Source of the DNA: an uncultured Muribaculaceae bacterium
Lineage (GTDB): Bacteria > Bacillota_I > Bacilli_A > RF39 > UBA660
Length of the DNA: 47,126 bases
Direction: 5' to 3'
Assembly: GCA_964369245.1 (NCBI GenBank)
Contig: CAYJEL010000001.1
Location: forward strand, 1 to 47,126
The translations under genes and the position numbers were made by a program. Of this stretch, positions 8,212 through 18,300 are shown one piece after another (the stretch's first letter is position 1; each line of letters starts with the position of its first letter). The notes under the pieces were generated by a model. It worked only from the letters and a program-made list of their open reading frames with translations, was not told the DNA's origin and ran no database searches.

Positions 8212-8622
8212 ATGGAAAAATATATGAAACTAGCTATAATTGAAGCTAAGAAAGCTTATAAAAAAGGAGATGTTCCTATTGGATGTGTTATTGTTTTGGG
8301 AAATAAAGTTATATCTAAAGCTCATAATACTAGAGAATATGACAATGTAAGTATAAATCATGCTGAAATGAATGCAATTAGAAAAGCTTGTAAAAGATTA
8401 AAAGGATGGCGTTTAAATGAATGTGAAATTTATGTTACAAAACAACCATGTCCAATGTGTATGAGTGCGATAGAGCAATCTAGGATAAAAAAGGTTTACT
8501 ATGGTACAGAAAATGATGAAAAAAGAGTTAATTATAATGTTGAAATGTTTGGGAAATTATTAGGAGATGAATGTGATGAAATTATAACTAATTTCTTTAA
8601 AGAAAGAAGAGTTAAAATTTAA
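8212..8622 (+). CDS. tadA: tRNA-specific adenosine deaminase
   Basis: HAEMNAI and PCPMC zinc-binding deaminase motifs. About 135 aa. SD AGGAGA 5 nt upstream. Confidence 0.9.
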   Translation: MEKYMKLAIIEAKKAYKKGDVPIGCVIVLGNKVISKAHNTREYDNVSINHAEMNAIRKACKRLKGWRLNECEIYVTKQPCPMCMSAIEQSRIKKVYYGTENDEKRVNYNVEMFGKLLGDECDEIITNFFKERRVKI

Positions 8623-8649
8623 TAAATTTAACAAATCTATATAATATCG

Positions 8650-8658
8650 TGATATAAT
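8650..8658 (+). promoter_or_regulatory. Extended -10 element (TGATATAAT) upstream of dnaX
   Basis: TGnTATAAT match in the tadA-dnaX spacer. Confidence 0.4.
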
Positions 8659-8676
8659 ATATAGTGAGGTGAAATC

Positions 8677-10353
8677 ATGTATCAAGCTTTATACAGAAAA
8701 TATAGACCTAATAATCTTGATGATGTTTTTGGTCAGGAAATTGCTATTAAAATATTAAATAATGCTATTTCTAGAGATTCTATTAATCACGCATATTTAT
8801 TTTTTGGTCCTAGAGGTTGTGGTAAGACTAGTGTTGCTAAAATTATAGCAAATACTATCAATTGTAATAGTTTAGTTGATAACAAACCATGCAATAAATG
8901 TGTATTTTGTACACTAAGTAATGATCAAAAAATAGATATTATTGAAATTGATGCTGCTTCAAATAATGGGGTAGATGAAATAAGAGAAATTAGAAATAAA
9001 GTTAATTTAGCTCCTTCAACCGGTAAATATAAAATATATATAATTGATGAGGTTCATATGTTAACTATTGGAGCTTTTAATGCTTTATTAAAAACGTTAG
9101 AAGAGCCACCTGGTCATATAATATTTATACTTGCAACTACAGATCCTCAGAAAATACCAGCGACGATACTTTCTAGATGTCAAAAGATTGAATTTAAGCC
9201 AATTAGTATTAACAATATAAAATTGGGTTTAAATAAAATAATTAAAGAAGAATCAATAAATATTGAAGATAAAGCTTTAAATGAAATATGCAGGCTATCT
9301 GATGGTGGGATGAGAGATGCTATTAATTTGCTAGATCAATTAAATTTATATTCAGATAATATAATTAAAATTGATGATGTTTATGAAGTTGTAGGAATTA
9401 TTTCATCAAAAGAAATAGAATATTTAATCAATAAATTAATATTGAAGGATTTAAAATCTGTTTTAGAATTAGTCACTAATTATATATCAATTGGAAAAAA
9501 TATGATTAAAATTGTTGAACAATTGATTTATGAGTTAAGAAATAGTATGTATAATAATTTATCTCAAACAGCAGATTATATTTATATAATAAATTCATTA
9601 TCTGGTTGTATTAGTGAAATGAGAAAAAATAGTAATTCTAACATTATTTTAGAAATAGCTTTAATTAAATTATTGGGAAATAACACTACATCTAATATTA
9701 TTAAGGAAGACAAAAATATAGCACTTCAGAAAAATGAGGTTAAAAAAACCCCTAATGTTGAAAAAGTAGAGTTTAACACTAATTTTACAGAAGAAGAAAA
9801 AAGTGTTGATATTAAAGTGGAAAACCCTATAGATGACAAAGTTTTACTGTATGACAAAGGTAAAGAAAATATTTCCCGGGAAATAGATGAAAGTATATAT
9901 GTGGATATGGTTGATAGAAGAGTATCAAATGCGTTGGCCACATTTTCTAAAAAATTAATGTCAGATATTAAAATTAAATTAAACGATGTTAATGATTACT
10001 TGTTAGATGATAAGTATAAAAAAATTATTCCATTTATTTTGGATTCAGAATTAAAAATTACTAGTGAAAATTATTTAGTATTTGTATGTGATACTGAATC
10101 TTCATCTATGTTATTTAATGAATTGTTATTTGAAATAGAGGAATTGATGAATTTAATCTTAAATAATAGTTTTAAAGTTATATCTATAGATAATAATAAA
10201 TGGGAAATAATAAAAAAAGAATTTAATAATAAAGAGAAAGAGTATATCTATATTCAAGAAGATGATACAACAAAAACTTATCTGAATCAAATCTTTATAA
10301 GAGATAAAGAACCAATGGAGAGTTTGTTTGGAAATATAATTGAATATAAGTAA
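8677..10353 (+). CDS. dnaX: DNA polymerase III subunit gamma/tau
   Basis: YRKYRP…F.DV.GQE, Walker A GPRGCGKTS, IIDEVHML, SRCQ sensor, and a variable C-terminal tau part. Confidence 0.93.
   Translation: MYQALYRKYRPNNLDDVFGQEIAIKILNNAISRDSINHAYLFFGPRGCGKTSVAKIIANTINCNSLVDNKPCNKCVFCTLSNDQKIDIIEIDAASNNGVDEIREIRNKVNLAPSTGKYKIYIIDEVHMLTIGAFNALLKTLEEPPGHIIFILATTDPQKIPATILSRCQKIEFKPISINNIKLGLNKIIKEESINIEDKALNEICRLSDGGMRDAINLLDQLNLYSDNIIKIDDVYEVVGIISSKEIEYLINKLILKDLKSVLELVTNYISIGKNMIKIVEQLIYELRNSMYNNLSQTADYIYIINSLSGCISEMRKNSNSNIILEIALIKLLGNNTTSNIIKEDKNIALQKNEVKKTPNVEKVEFNTNFTEEEKSVDIKVENPIDDKVLLYDKGKENISREIDESIYVDMVDRRVSNALATFSKKLMSDIKIKLNDVNDYLLDDKYKKIIPFILDSELKITSENYLVFVCDTESSSMLFNELLFEIEELMNLILNNSFKVISIDNNKWEIIKKEFNNKEKEYIYIQEDDTTKTYLNQIFIRDKEPMESLFGNIIEYK
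9870..9885. promoter_or_regulatory. Perfect 16-bp Noc-binding-site (NBS) palindrome TATTTCCCGGGAAATA inside dnaX
   Basis: Direct read. Identical to the B. subtilis NBS consensus. Encodes I-S-R-E-I using TCC and CGG codons. Confidence 0.6.
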
Positions 10354-10366
10354 TAGGAGGAAAAAA

Positions 10367-10663
10367 ATGAATATACAAGCAATGATGAAACAAGCACAAA
10401 AATTACAAGGTGACATGATGAAAGCCAAAAAGGAAATAGATGGTACTATATTTGAACATAGTAAATCATTTATTGATATATCAGCTACAGGAGATAAAAA
10501 AATTAAATCTATTAAAATTAATATGGATGTAGTAGAAAAAGATGATTTGGAAACAATTGAAGATTTATTAATGGTATCTGTTAATGAATTAATGGATTCT
10601 ATTGATAAAGAAACTGAAAGTAAAATGGGTAAATTTTCAGGTGGTATGCCGGGGTTATTTTAA
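10367..10663 (+). CDS. ybaB: Nucleoid-associated protein YbaB/EbfC (YaaK)
   Basis: MNIQAMMKQAQKLQ…MGKFSGGMPGLF is the typical family sequence. The ATG at 10367 lies 7 nt after AGGAGG. Sits between dnaX and recR. Confidence 0.9.
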   Translation: MNIQAMMKQAQKLQGDMMKAKKEIDGTIFEHSKSFIDISATGDKKIKSIKINMDVVEKDDLETIEDLLMVSVNELMDSIDKETESKMGKFSGGMPGLF

Positions 10664-11268
10664 TGTACCCAAAGGACCTTCAAAATTTAATTGAATGTTT
10701 TAAGCAATTACCTGGAATAGGTGAAAAAACTGCTGAAAGACTATCTTTATATTGTTTGGATTTAGATCAAGATGTAATTGGTCTTTTTTCTGAATCTGTT
10801 AAAAAAATTAAAACTAATATAAAAAGATGTACAATATGTAATAATATAAGTGATACATCAATTTGTAATATATGTTCAGATGAAAATAGGGCTAAGAATA
10901 TAATATGCGTTGTTGAAGAGCCTAAAAATGTTTTTCAATTAGAAAAATTAGGTAGTTTTAAAGGACAATATCACGTATTAGATGGTTTAATTAGTCCTTT
11001 GGATAATAAAAATCCTGAGGATTTAAAAATTAAAGAGTTAAAAAATAGAATTGAAAGTGGAAATGTTGAAGAAATTATTTTAGCGATTAAACCTAGTATT
11101 GAAGGTGAAACAACGGCATTATATATTTCTAGTATATTAAAGGATAATGATGTTAGAGTTTCTAAAATTGCTCATGGTATACCTTTAGGTGCTGAAATGG
11201 AATATATTGATTCATTAACATTAGAAATAGCTTTTGATGAAAGAAAAATAATTAGTAATAATAATTAA
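10663..11268 (+). CDS. recR: Recombination protein RecR
   Basis: LPGIGEKTAERL helix-hairpin-helix, C4 zinc finger CTICNN…CNICSD, and a Toprim region. TAATG overlap with ybaB. Confidence 0.93.
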   Translation: MYPKDLQNLIECFKQLPGIGEKTAERLSLYCLDLDQDVIGLFSESVKKIKTNIKRCTICNNISDTSICNICSDENRAKNIICVVEEPKNVFQLEKLGSFKGQYHVLDGLISPLDNKNPEDLKIKELKNRIESGNVEEIILAIKPSIEGETTALYISSILKDNDVRVSKIAHGIPLGAEMEYIDSLTLEIAFDERKIISNNN

Positions 11269-11298
11269 TTTTTATCATACTTTTTAGTGGTGATAATC

Positions 11299-11484
11299 AT
11301 GAAAAAAATATTTAGTATTTTAAAGAAAGTAGTATTGAGTGCATTTTTGTTATATGGTTATAATTTAATTGCTGCTCCAATGGGTATTATAATTCCAATT
11401 AATGTATTTACGATAATGATTTTATCATTTTTTGGTATTCCTTCTATTTTTTCGTTAATAGCTATTATTATCTTATTATATTGA
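11299..11484 (+). CDS. bofA: Small membrane protein, BofA-like (pro-sigma-K processing inhibitor family)
   Basis: Two hydrophobic helices with …PMGIIIPINVFTIMILSFFGIPSIF…, resembling BofA …LGLHVPINLVTTAISGILGIPGIA…. Same position after recR as in B. subtilis. Confidence 0.55.
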   Translation: MKKIFSILKKVVLSAFLLYGYNLIAAPMGIIIPINVFTIMILSFFGIPSIFSLIAIIILLY

Positions 11485-11497
11485 AATGGGGATTTTT

Positions 11498-12424
11498 ATG
11501 AATTATGATGTTTTAATAAAAGAACAGTCTTTTATATTTAAATTTTTGAATAAACTAAATGTAAATAATTTTTCACATGCTTATTTGATAGAAACAAATA
11601 ATAATAGTGATGGTGCTTTGATTGCTAAGTTGTTAGCATATAAAATATTATTTGATAAAGTGCCAAGTGATTTAAATGAAGTTAAACTGTTAGATAATCA
11701 TTTGGATTTTAGTTTTGTTACTTCTATGGGAAATAATATAAAAAAAGAACAAATACTTGAATTACAGGAAAAATTTAATAAAAAATCTTTAGATGGTTCT
11801 AAGAAAGTTTATATTTTAAATGAAGCTGAAAAATTGAATTTAACTTCTGCTAATACGATTTTAAAATTTTTAGAGGAACCAGCTGATGGTGTTACAGCTA
11901 TATTGGTAGTTAATAATAGATATCAATTATTGGAAACAATTATTTCCCGATGTCAATTGTTATCTTTAAATGTTATTAAAAGAAATGGATGTAGTACTTT
12001 AGAAAATATTTTAAACAATGTTAGTAATAAAGTTGAATATGAAACATTTTTAAACGAAAATAGTGATTATTTGTTGCATATATATGATTTTTTAACTGAT
12101 TATGAATTAAATAATATAGATATGTTTGTTTACAGTGGGAAATATATTCATAGTAAGTTTAAAGATAAATTATGTATAAAGTATTTTATTTATATTTTAA
12201 TTTTATTTTATAAGGATTGTTTAAATAAAAAGATTGGTTTAAATTGTATTATATTTATAGATAATATAGATATTTTGGATGATGTTATTTATAAAAACAC
12301 AACTGATATGCTTATTAATAAAATAAAATGTTTAAATGTTTGTTTGGATAACCTAAATAGTAATTGTAATTTGAGTTTATTAATCGATAGATTACTAATA
12401 GAAATGGAGAAAAATAATGATTGA
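11498..12424 (+). CDS. holB: DNA polymerase III subunit delta'
   Basis: …SHAYLIE…, KKVYILNEAEKL, LKFLEEP and SRCQ. Followed by ricT as in Bacillus. Confidence 0.8.
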   Translation: MNYDVLIKEQSFIFKFLNKLNVNNFSHAYLIETNNNSDGALIAKLLAYKILFDKVPSDLNEVKLLDNHLDFSFVTSMGNNIKKEQILELQEKFNKKSLDGSKKVYILNEAEKLNLTSANTILKFLEEPADGVTAILVVNNRYQLLETIISRCQLLSLNVIKRNGCSTLENILNNVSNKVEYETFLNENSDYLLHIYDFLTDYELNNIDMFVYSGKYIHSKFKDKLCIKYFIYILILFYKDCLNKKIGLNCIIFIDNIDILDDVIYKNTTDMLINKIKCLNVCLDNLNSNCNLSLLIDRLLIEMEKNND

Positions 12425-13184
12425 TGTTATTGGAGTTAGTTTAAATGGTGGAATTTTAGAATATTTTAGTGTCGAAGATAAAATTAATAGAAATACTTAT
12501 GTAATTGTCGATAGTGATAAAGGATTACAGTTTGGACAAGTAGTATTTCCTAATTTTAAGATGGATAAAAATAATGTTGGTATTAAAAATAAGTTTGTAA
12601 GAATAGCAACTAAAAAAGATAATCAAAAAAACATTAATATTTTGAATGAATCAGAAGAAGCTTTAAAATATTGTAAAAGTTTAGTAATAGATTTTAAATT
12701 AAATATGAATATTTTATCTTGTATGTATAATTTTGATAAGTCTCAATTATTGTTTAAATTTACTTCGGAAACTAGAGTTGATTTTCGTGAATTAGCAAAA
12801 AAATTAGCTAATTTTTATAAGACTAGGATTGAATTAAGACAAATTGGTGTTAGGGATAAAGCGAAAGAAATTGGTGGTTATGGTTCTTGTGGTCAAAAAT
12901 TGTGTTGTGCTAGGTTTAATTCTGAATTTGCTTCTGTTTCTATAAATATGGCTAAAAATCAAAATATTTCATTAAATCCGTCTAAAATAAACGGTGTATG
13001 TGGTAGATTGTTATGTTGTTTAAAATATGAAGATGATAATTATAAAGAATGCCGTAAATCTTTACCTAAGATTAATAGTATTGTTAAAACTGATAAAGGT
13101 GAAGGTAAGGTTATTGGTCTTGATATATTAAATGGGAAATATAGAGTTATTGTTAAGAATGAAATTATTGAAATGAGTGTATAA
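12417..13184 (+). CDS. ricT: PSP1-domain protein RicT (YaaT, stage 0 sporulation protein)
   Basis: PSP1 C-terminal domain with Cys clusters (GSCGQKLCCARF, GVCGRLLCCLKYE). Conserved position after holB. Confidence 0.85.
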   Translation: MIDVIGVSLNGGILEYFSVEDKINRNTYVIVDSDKGLQFGQVVFPNFKMDKNNVGIKNKFVRIATKKDNQKNINILNESEEALKYCKSLVIDFKLNMNILSCMYNFDKSQLLFKFTSETRVDFRELAKKLANFYKTRIELRQIGVRDKAKEIGGYGSCGQKLCCARFNSEFASVSINMAKNQNISLNPSKINGVCGRLLCCLKYEDDNYKECRKSLPKINSIVKTDKGEGKVIGLDILNGKYRVIVKNEIIEMSV

Positions 13185-13904
13185 ATGGAAGTATTAAATG
13201 ATTTAATTGGTTATAGTAATTTAAAAATATATCAAAATACGGACATGTTTAATTTTTCGCTTGATTCTATATTGTTGCCAAATTTTATGACGATTAAAAA
13301 AAATTGTAAATATATTTTAGATATTGGAACAGGAAATGCTCCAATTCCTTTAGTTTTATCTAGATTGACTAATGCCTTTATTTATGGTGTTGAGATTCAA
13401 AAAGAATCGTTTAGGTTAGCACAAAAGAATATTGAAATAAATAATCTTGGTGATCGAATTAAAATAATTAATGGAGATATAAATGAAGTTTGTGAAGAAT
13501 TTGAAAATGAGTTTTTTGATTCAATAGTTTGTAATCCACCCTTTTTTAAAGTTTTTGAGCATTCTAGACTAAATTCAAATGAAGAAAAAACTATTGCAAG
13601 GCATGAAATCAAGTTGAACTTAGATCAATTATTTGCTATTTGTAAAAGAAAATTAAAATCAAATGGGAATGTAGCTATTGTTCATAGACCTGAAAGATTA
13701 GTGGATATCATAGAAAGTATGAAAAAATATAGTATTGAGCCTAAAATAATTCGTTTTGTTTTTCCTAAAGATGGAGAAAATGCTAATTGTGTTTTAATAG
13801 AAGGTTTTAAAAATGGTAAAAGTGGATTAAAAGTTTTAAATCCTTTAATTGTGCATTATGATAATGGAGAATACACAGATGAAGTTAAGGAGTATTTTAA
13901 TTAG
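13185..13904 (+). CDS. SAM-dependent methyltransferase, YabB / tRNA1(Val) m6A37 (TrmN6)-like
   Basis: ILDIGTGNAPIP SAM motif and the NPPFF catalytic motif. Conserved position before rsmI. Confidence 0.75.
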   Translation: MEVLNDLIGYSNLKIYQNTDMFNFSLDSILLPNFMTIKKNCKYILDIGTGNAPIPLVLSRLTNAFIYGVEIQKESFRLAQKNIEINNLGDRIKIINGDINEVCEEFENEFFDSIVCNPPFFKVFEHSRLNSNEEKTIARHEIKLNLDQLFAICKRKLKSNGNVAIVHRPERLVDIIESMKKYSIEPKIIRFVFPKDGENANCVLIEGFKNGKSGLKVLNPLIVHYDNGEYTDEVKEYFN

Positions 13905-13914
13905 GAGGTAAGTT

Positions 13915-14757
13915 ATGTCACAAAAAAGTTATGATGGAAAACCATCTTTATATTTAATTCCGACGCCTATTGGTAATATGGAAGATATTACTCTTAGAAG
14001 TATAAATATTTTAAAAGAAGTTGAAGTAATATTTTCAGAAGATACTAGAGTTACAGGACAATTGTTAAATTATTTAAATATTAGTAAAAAGTTAATTTCT
14101 AATCATAAATATAATGAAATTGATAATAAAAATAAATTAATATCATATTTAGATAATGGTTATTCTGTTGGTTTAGTTTCAGACCGTGGTACTCCTGTAA
14201 TAAGTGATCCGGGTTATTTTTTAGCTGAACATGCTATTTCTTGTGGTTACAATGTTATTTCCCTACCTGGAGCTACAGCATTTGTATGTGCACTTATTAA
14301 TTCTGGTATAAACGCTGACAGATTTACTTTTTATGGTTTTTTGAATAGTAAAGGTTCTAAAAGAAAAAAAGAATTGCAAGAACTTGTTAATGTAAAAAAT
14401 ACATTGATATTTTATGAGTCTACGCATAGAATCATTGAAATGCTTAATGATATTAAGGAAGTACTGGGGAATCGTCGTTGTTCAATTTCCCGGGAAATAA
14501 CAAAAAAATATGAAGAAATATATCGCGGGGAAATAAATTTTGTCTTGAATGAATTAGATAATATAAAGGGAGAATTTGTAGTTGTTGTTGAAGGAAATCA
14601 GAATGAAATTTCATATGATGATATTTCTATAAAAGAACATATTGAACTTTATATGTCAAATGGTATGAGTTCAAAAGATGCTATTAAAGCTGTATCTAAG
14701 GAAAGAAATATGAATAAAAATGAAGTTTACATGGATTTTCACGGAGGTAATGAATGA
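13915..14757 (+). CDS. rsmI: 16S rRNA (cytidine1402-2'-O)-methyltransferase
   Basis: LYLIPTPIGN…D.T.R, SDRGTPVISDPG and PG.TA… tetrapyrrole-methylase-fold motifs. Confidence 0.88.
   Translation: MSQKSYDGKPSLYLIPTPIGNMEDITLRSINILKEVEVIFSEDTRVTGQLLNYLNISKKLISNHKYNEIDNKNKLISYLDNGYSVGLVSDRGTPVISDPGYFLAEHAISCGYNVISLPGATAFVCALINSGINADRFTFYGFLNSKGSKRKKELQELVNVKNTLIFYESTHRIIEMLNDIKEVLGNRRCSISREITKKYEEIYRGEINFVLNELDNIKGEFVVVVEGNQNEISYDDISIKEHIELYMSNGMSSKDAIKAVSKERNMNKNEVYMDFHGGNE
14485..14498. promoter_or_regulatory. Perfect 14-bp NBS core ATTTCCCGGGAAAT inside rsmI
   Basis: Direct read. Again in frame as att-tcc-cgg-gaa-ata (I-S-R-E-I). Confidence 0.55.
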
Positions 14758-15305
14758 AATTAGTAGTTGGTTTAGGAAATCCAGGGAAAGAGTATAATAA
14801 TACTAGACATAATATTGGATTTCACATTATTGAAAAATATGTTGGTAGTAAAAATTTTATTTTTAATAAAGAGAAGTTTAATGGACTTTACACTGAAATT
14901 AATATAAATGGTGAGAAAATAATTTTTTTGAAACCTCAATCTTATATGAATAATTCAGGTATTGTTATAAAAAAATACATTGATTATTTTAAAATAAGTG
15001 TAGATGATACACTTATAATTTATGATGACATGGATTTAGAAATTGGAAATTATAAACTAAAAACTAATTCTGGTTCGGCTGGTCATAATGGATTAAAAAG
15101 TATTGAACAAAATTTAAAAACCAAGAACTATAAACGCTTAAAGGTAGGAATTTCGAAAAATAACATAGAAAAGTCTTTATATGTTTTAGGCAAGTTTAGC
15201 TTGGAGAATCAAAAAGTAATTAAAAGTATAGAGTCTGAATTATTCAATATAATTGATGATTTTTTTGTATTGACTTTTGAAAAATTAATGACAAAATATA
15301 ATTAG
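14754..15305 (+). CDS. pth: Peptidyl-tRNA hydrolase
   Basis: VGLGNPG..Y..TRHN.GF, YMN.SG and GHNGL motifs. ATGA overlap with rsmI. Confidence 0.93.
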   Translation: MKLVVGLGNPGKEYNNTRHNIGFHIIEKYVGSKNFIFNKEKFNGLYTEININGEKIIFLKPQSYMNNSGIVIKKYIDYFKISVDDTLIIYDDMDLEIGNYKLKTNSGSAGHNGLKSIEQNLKTKNYKRLKVGISKNNIEKSLYVLGKFSLENQKVIKSIESELFNIIDDFFVLTFEKLMTKYN

Positions 15306-15313
15306 GTGAGATT

Positions 15314-18300
15314 ATGAAATTAGAAAATTATAGTAATATTTGTGGTATTTGTGATGAGCTTAAAAGTGGTTATATTTATGAAACTTTTAATAATGGTGAT
15401 AAAACTATTTTAATCGTTTGTAATACACTGTATGATGCTACTAAGTTTTATAACAGTTTAAAGAACTATACAGAAAATGTATGGTTTTTTCCAATGGATG
15501 ATTTTTTAACAGGAGAAATTGTAGCTTTAAGTCCTGAACTTCAAATTACCAGACTTGAGTTATTACATAATTTAGATAATTCTAAAAAAATTATAATAAC
15601 TAATTTAATGGGCTATTTAAAATTGTTACCTGATAGAGATTCTTATTATGATAGTTATATTAAATTGAATATTGGTGATGAATGGGAAATAAAATCTTTA
15701 ATTGAAAAATTTGTTAATTTAGGTTATTTAAAAGAGAGTGTTATATATAAAACTGGCGAAATAGCAGTTAGGGGTTGTATTTTTGATATATTTCCCATCG
15801 GTGCAGAAAATCCTTATAGAATTGAATTTTGGGGTAATACTATTGATTCTATTAGAACGTTTAATGTTGATAATCAATTAAAAATTAGTAATGTAGAAAG
15901 TATTACAATAACTCCAAATAATGATATGGGAAATAGTTGTAATATAAGAGATTATTTGCAAAATTTTAGTGTATATTTTAATGAGTATGATGATGTTACA
16001 TTTGGTTATGAAACATTATTAAATGAAATTAAGGATTATTGTTTAGAAACAAATAAACCATTAGATGTAAGATATATTTCAGATTTTGTTGTATCTGAAT
16101 CAGATATAAATTTGTCAAGAATAGATAGTAGTTTTAATAATAATAAAGTATTTTTAAATTCATTCCGTTTAGAAGAAAAATTTGATAGTCAAGATAATAT
16201 TGTTAAAATTTTGAATAAGTTTTTGAATAAATATGACTATACTATTGTTTGTGCTAGTAACAGATATGTTGTAAATAAAATAATGGATAATTTTGAAGAG
16301 ATAAATTTTGTATTCACCAATGAATCTAATCTTGTTACTAATAAAATAAATATAATTGTTAAAAAAATAAATGAAGGTTATATCTATAATAATTTTGTTT
16401 ATATAAGTGAAAATGATTTTTTTAATAGAGGTAAAAATATTGGTGTTTATAAATCTAATTTTAAATATGGGACTAAAATTAAGGATATCTCGAAATTAAG
16501 TTTAAATGATTATGTGGTTCATTCAATGTATGGAATTGGTAAGTATTTAGGAATAAAAACAATTACAAAAAATAATTTAAAAAAAGATTATTTACAGTTA
16601 GAATATTTTGGTGATGATAAACTATATATTCCAGTGGAAAATATTGAGTGTATAAGTAAATATAGTGGTTCTGAAGGTAGTTTGGTTAAATTAAATAAAC
16701 TTGGAACAAGTGATTGGCAAAAAACGAAGCAAAGAGCTATGAAAAGAGCTCATGATATGGCTGATGAATTACTTAAATTGTATGCAATTAGAGAACTTAA
16801 AAAAGGTTTTTCTTTTCCTAAAGATAATCATCTTCAGTTTGATTTTGAAAATGAATTTTCTTTTACTGAAACAAATGATCAGTTAAAGTCATTGTCTGAG
16901 ATTAAAAAAGATATGGAAAGTGATCACCCTATGGATAGGTTATTATGTGGTGATGTAGGTTATGGTAAAACTGAAGTTGCTTTTAGGGCAGCATTTAAAG
17001 CTATATTAGGTGGTAAACAAGTAGCACTTTTGTGTCCAACAACAATTTTATCATCACAACATTTTCAAAATGCTGTTGAAAGGTTTAAAAATTTTCCTGT
17101 TAATATTTGTCTAATTAATAGATTTGTATCAATTAAAAAGATGAATGAAAATATATCATTGATTAAAGAAGGTAAAATTGATTTGATTATAGGTACACAT
17201 AAATTATTAAATGATGAAATTGTTTATGCTGATTTAGGCTTATTGATTATTGATGAAGAGCAAAGATTTGGGGTTAAACAAAAAGAAAAAATTAAAAATA
17301 TAAAAGAAAATGTAGATGTTTTAACCTTGTCAGCAACTCCTATACCACGTACTTTAAATATGTCTTTGTCTGGATTAAGAGATTTATCGGTTATTGAAAC
17401 ACCTCCAGTAAATAGGTATCCTGTTCAAACTTATGTGTTAGGAGAAAATAATAAGTTAATTAAAGAGGCAATTACAAAAGAAATATCTCGTTTTGGTCAA
17501 GTGTTTATTTTATATAATTCAGTTGAACATATAGAATCTAAAGCTAAAGAAATTAGAGACTTAATACCTGAGATTGATGTTAGATTTGCTCACGGTAAAA
17601 TGGATAAAAAAGAATTAGAAGATATTATGTTTAAGTTTATTAATAATGAGTTTAGTGTATTAATATGTACAACGATAATTGAAACTGGTATTGATATTCC
17701 TAATGCTAATACTTTAATTATTTTAAATGCTGACAGACTAGGTTTATCACAATTATATCAATTAAGAGGTCGAGTAGGTAGAACTGATCGTTTAGCTTAT
17801 TGTTATTTAATGTATGATCAAAAAAGTATTTTAAAAGAATTAGCTGTAAAAAGACTTAATACTATTAAAGAATTTACAGAACTCGGAAGCGGTTTATCAA
17901 TTGCTATGAGAGATTTAGCTATTCGTGGAAGTGGAGATTTACTTGGTAGTGAACAAGCTGGATTTATTGATGCTGTAGGTATTGAATTATTTACAAGTAT
18001 GTTAAAAACTGAGATTGAAAAAATAAAAGGTAATATTAGTGCTGAAGAAAAAGAAAAGATTACACCTTTTATAAATGTTGAAACAAGCGTTGAGGATAGT
18101 TATGTATCCAATCAAAACTTAAAAATTGAAATTCATAAATTAATTAATACAATTGATAGTGGAGAGAAACTTGAAAAGGTTAAAATAGAATTAGAGGATA
18201 GATTTGGAAAAATAAGTGAGAATTTATTGATATATATGCATGAAGAATTATTTCAAGCTGTAGCTTTAAAAATTGGAATAGAAAAAATTAATCAAACTAA

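Noticed and set aside
9726-10428. Antisense ORFs opposite dnaX and ybaB (9726-9941 and 10159-10428, minus strand)
   Set aside because: These are shadow ORFs overlapping well-supported genes, with no ribosome-binding site and an implausible composition.
13397-13612. Antisense ORFs opposite yabB, the AGCS transporter, fba, rpmE/rpiB, the kinase and the zinc-ribbon/ABC junction (13397-13612, 21439-21678, 22247-22450, 24227-24466, 26809-26997, 34819-35058, 38534-38725)
   Set aside because: All are short and embedded antisense in confidently assigned genes or spanning their intergenic signals. They lack SD sequences and any family resemblance.
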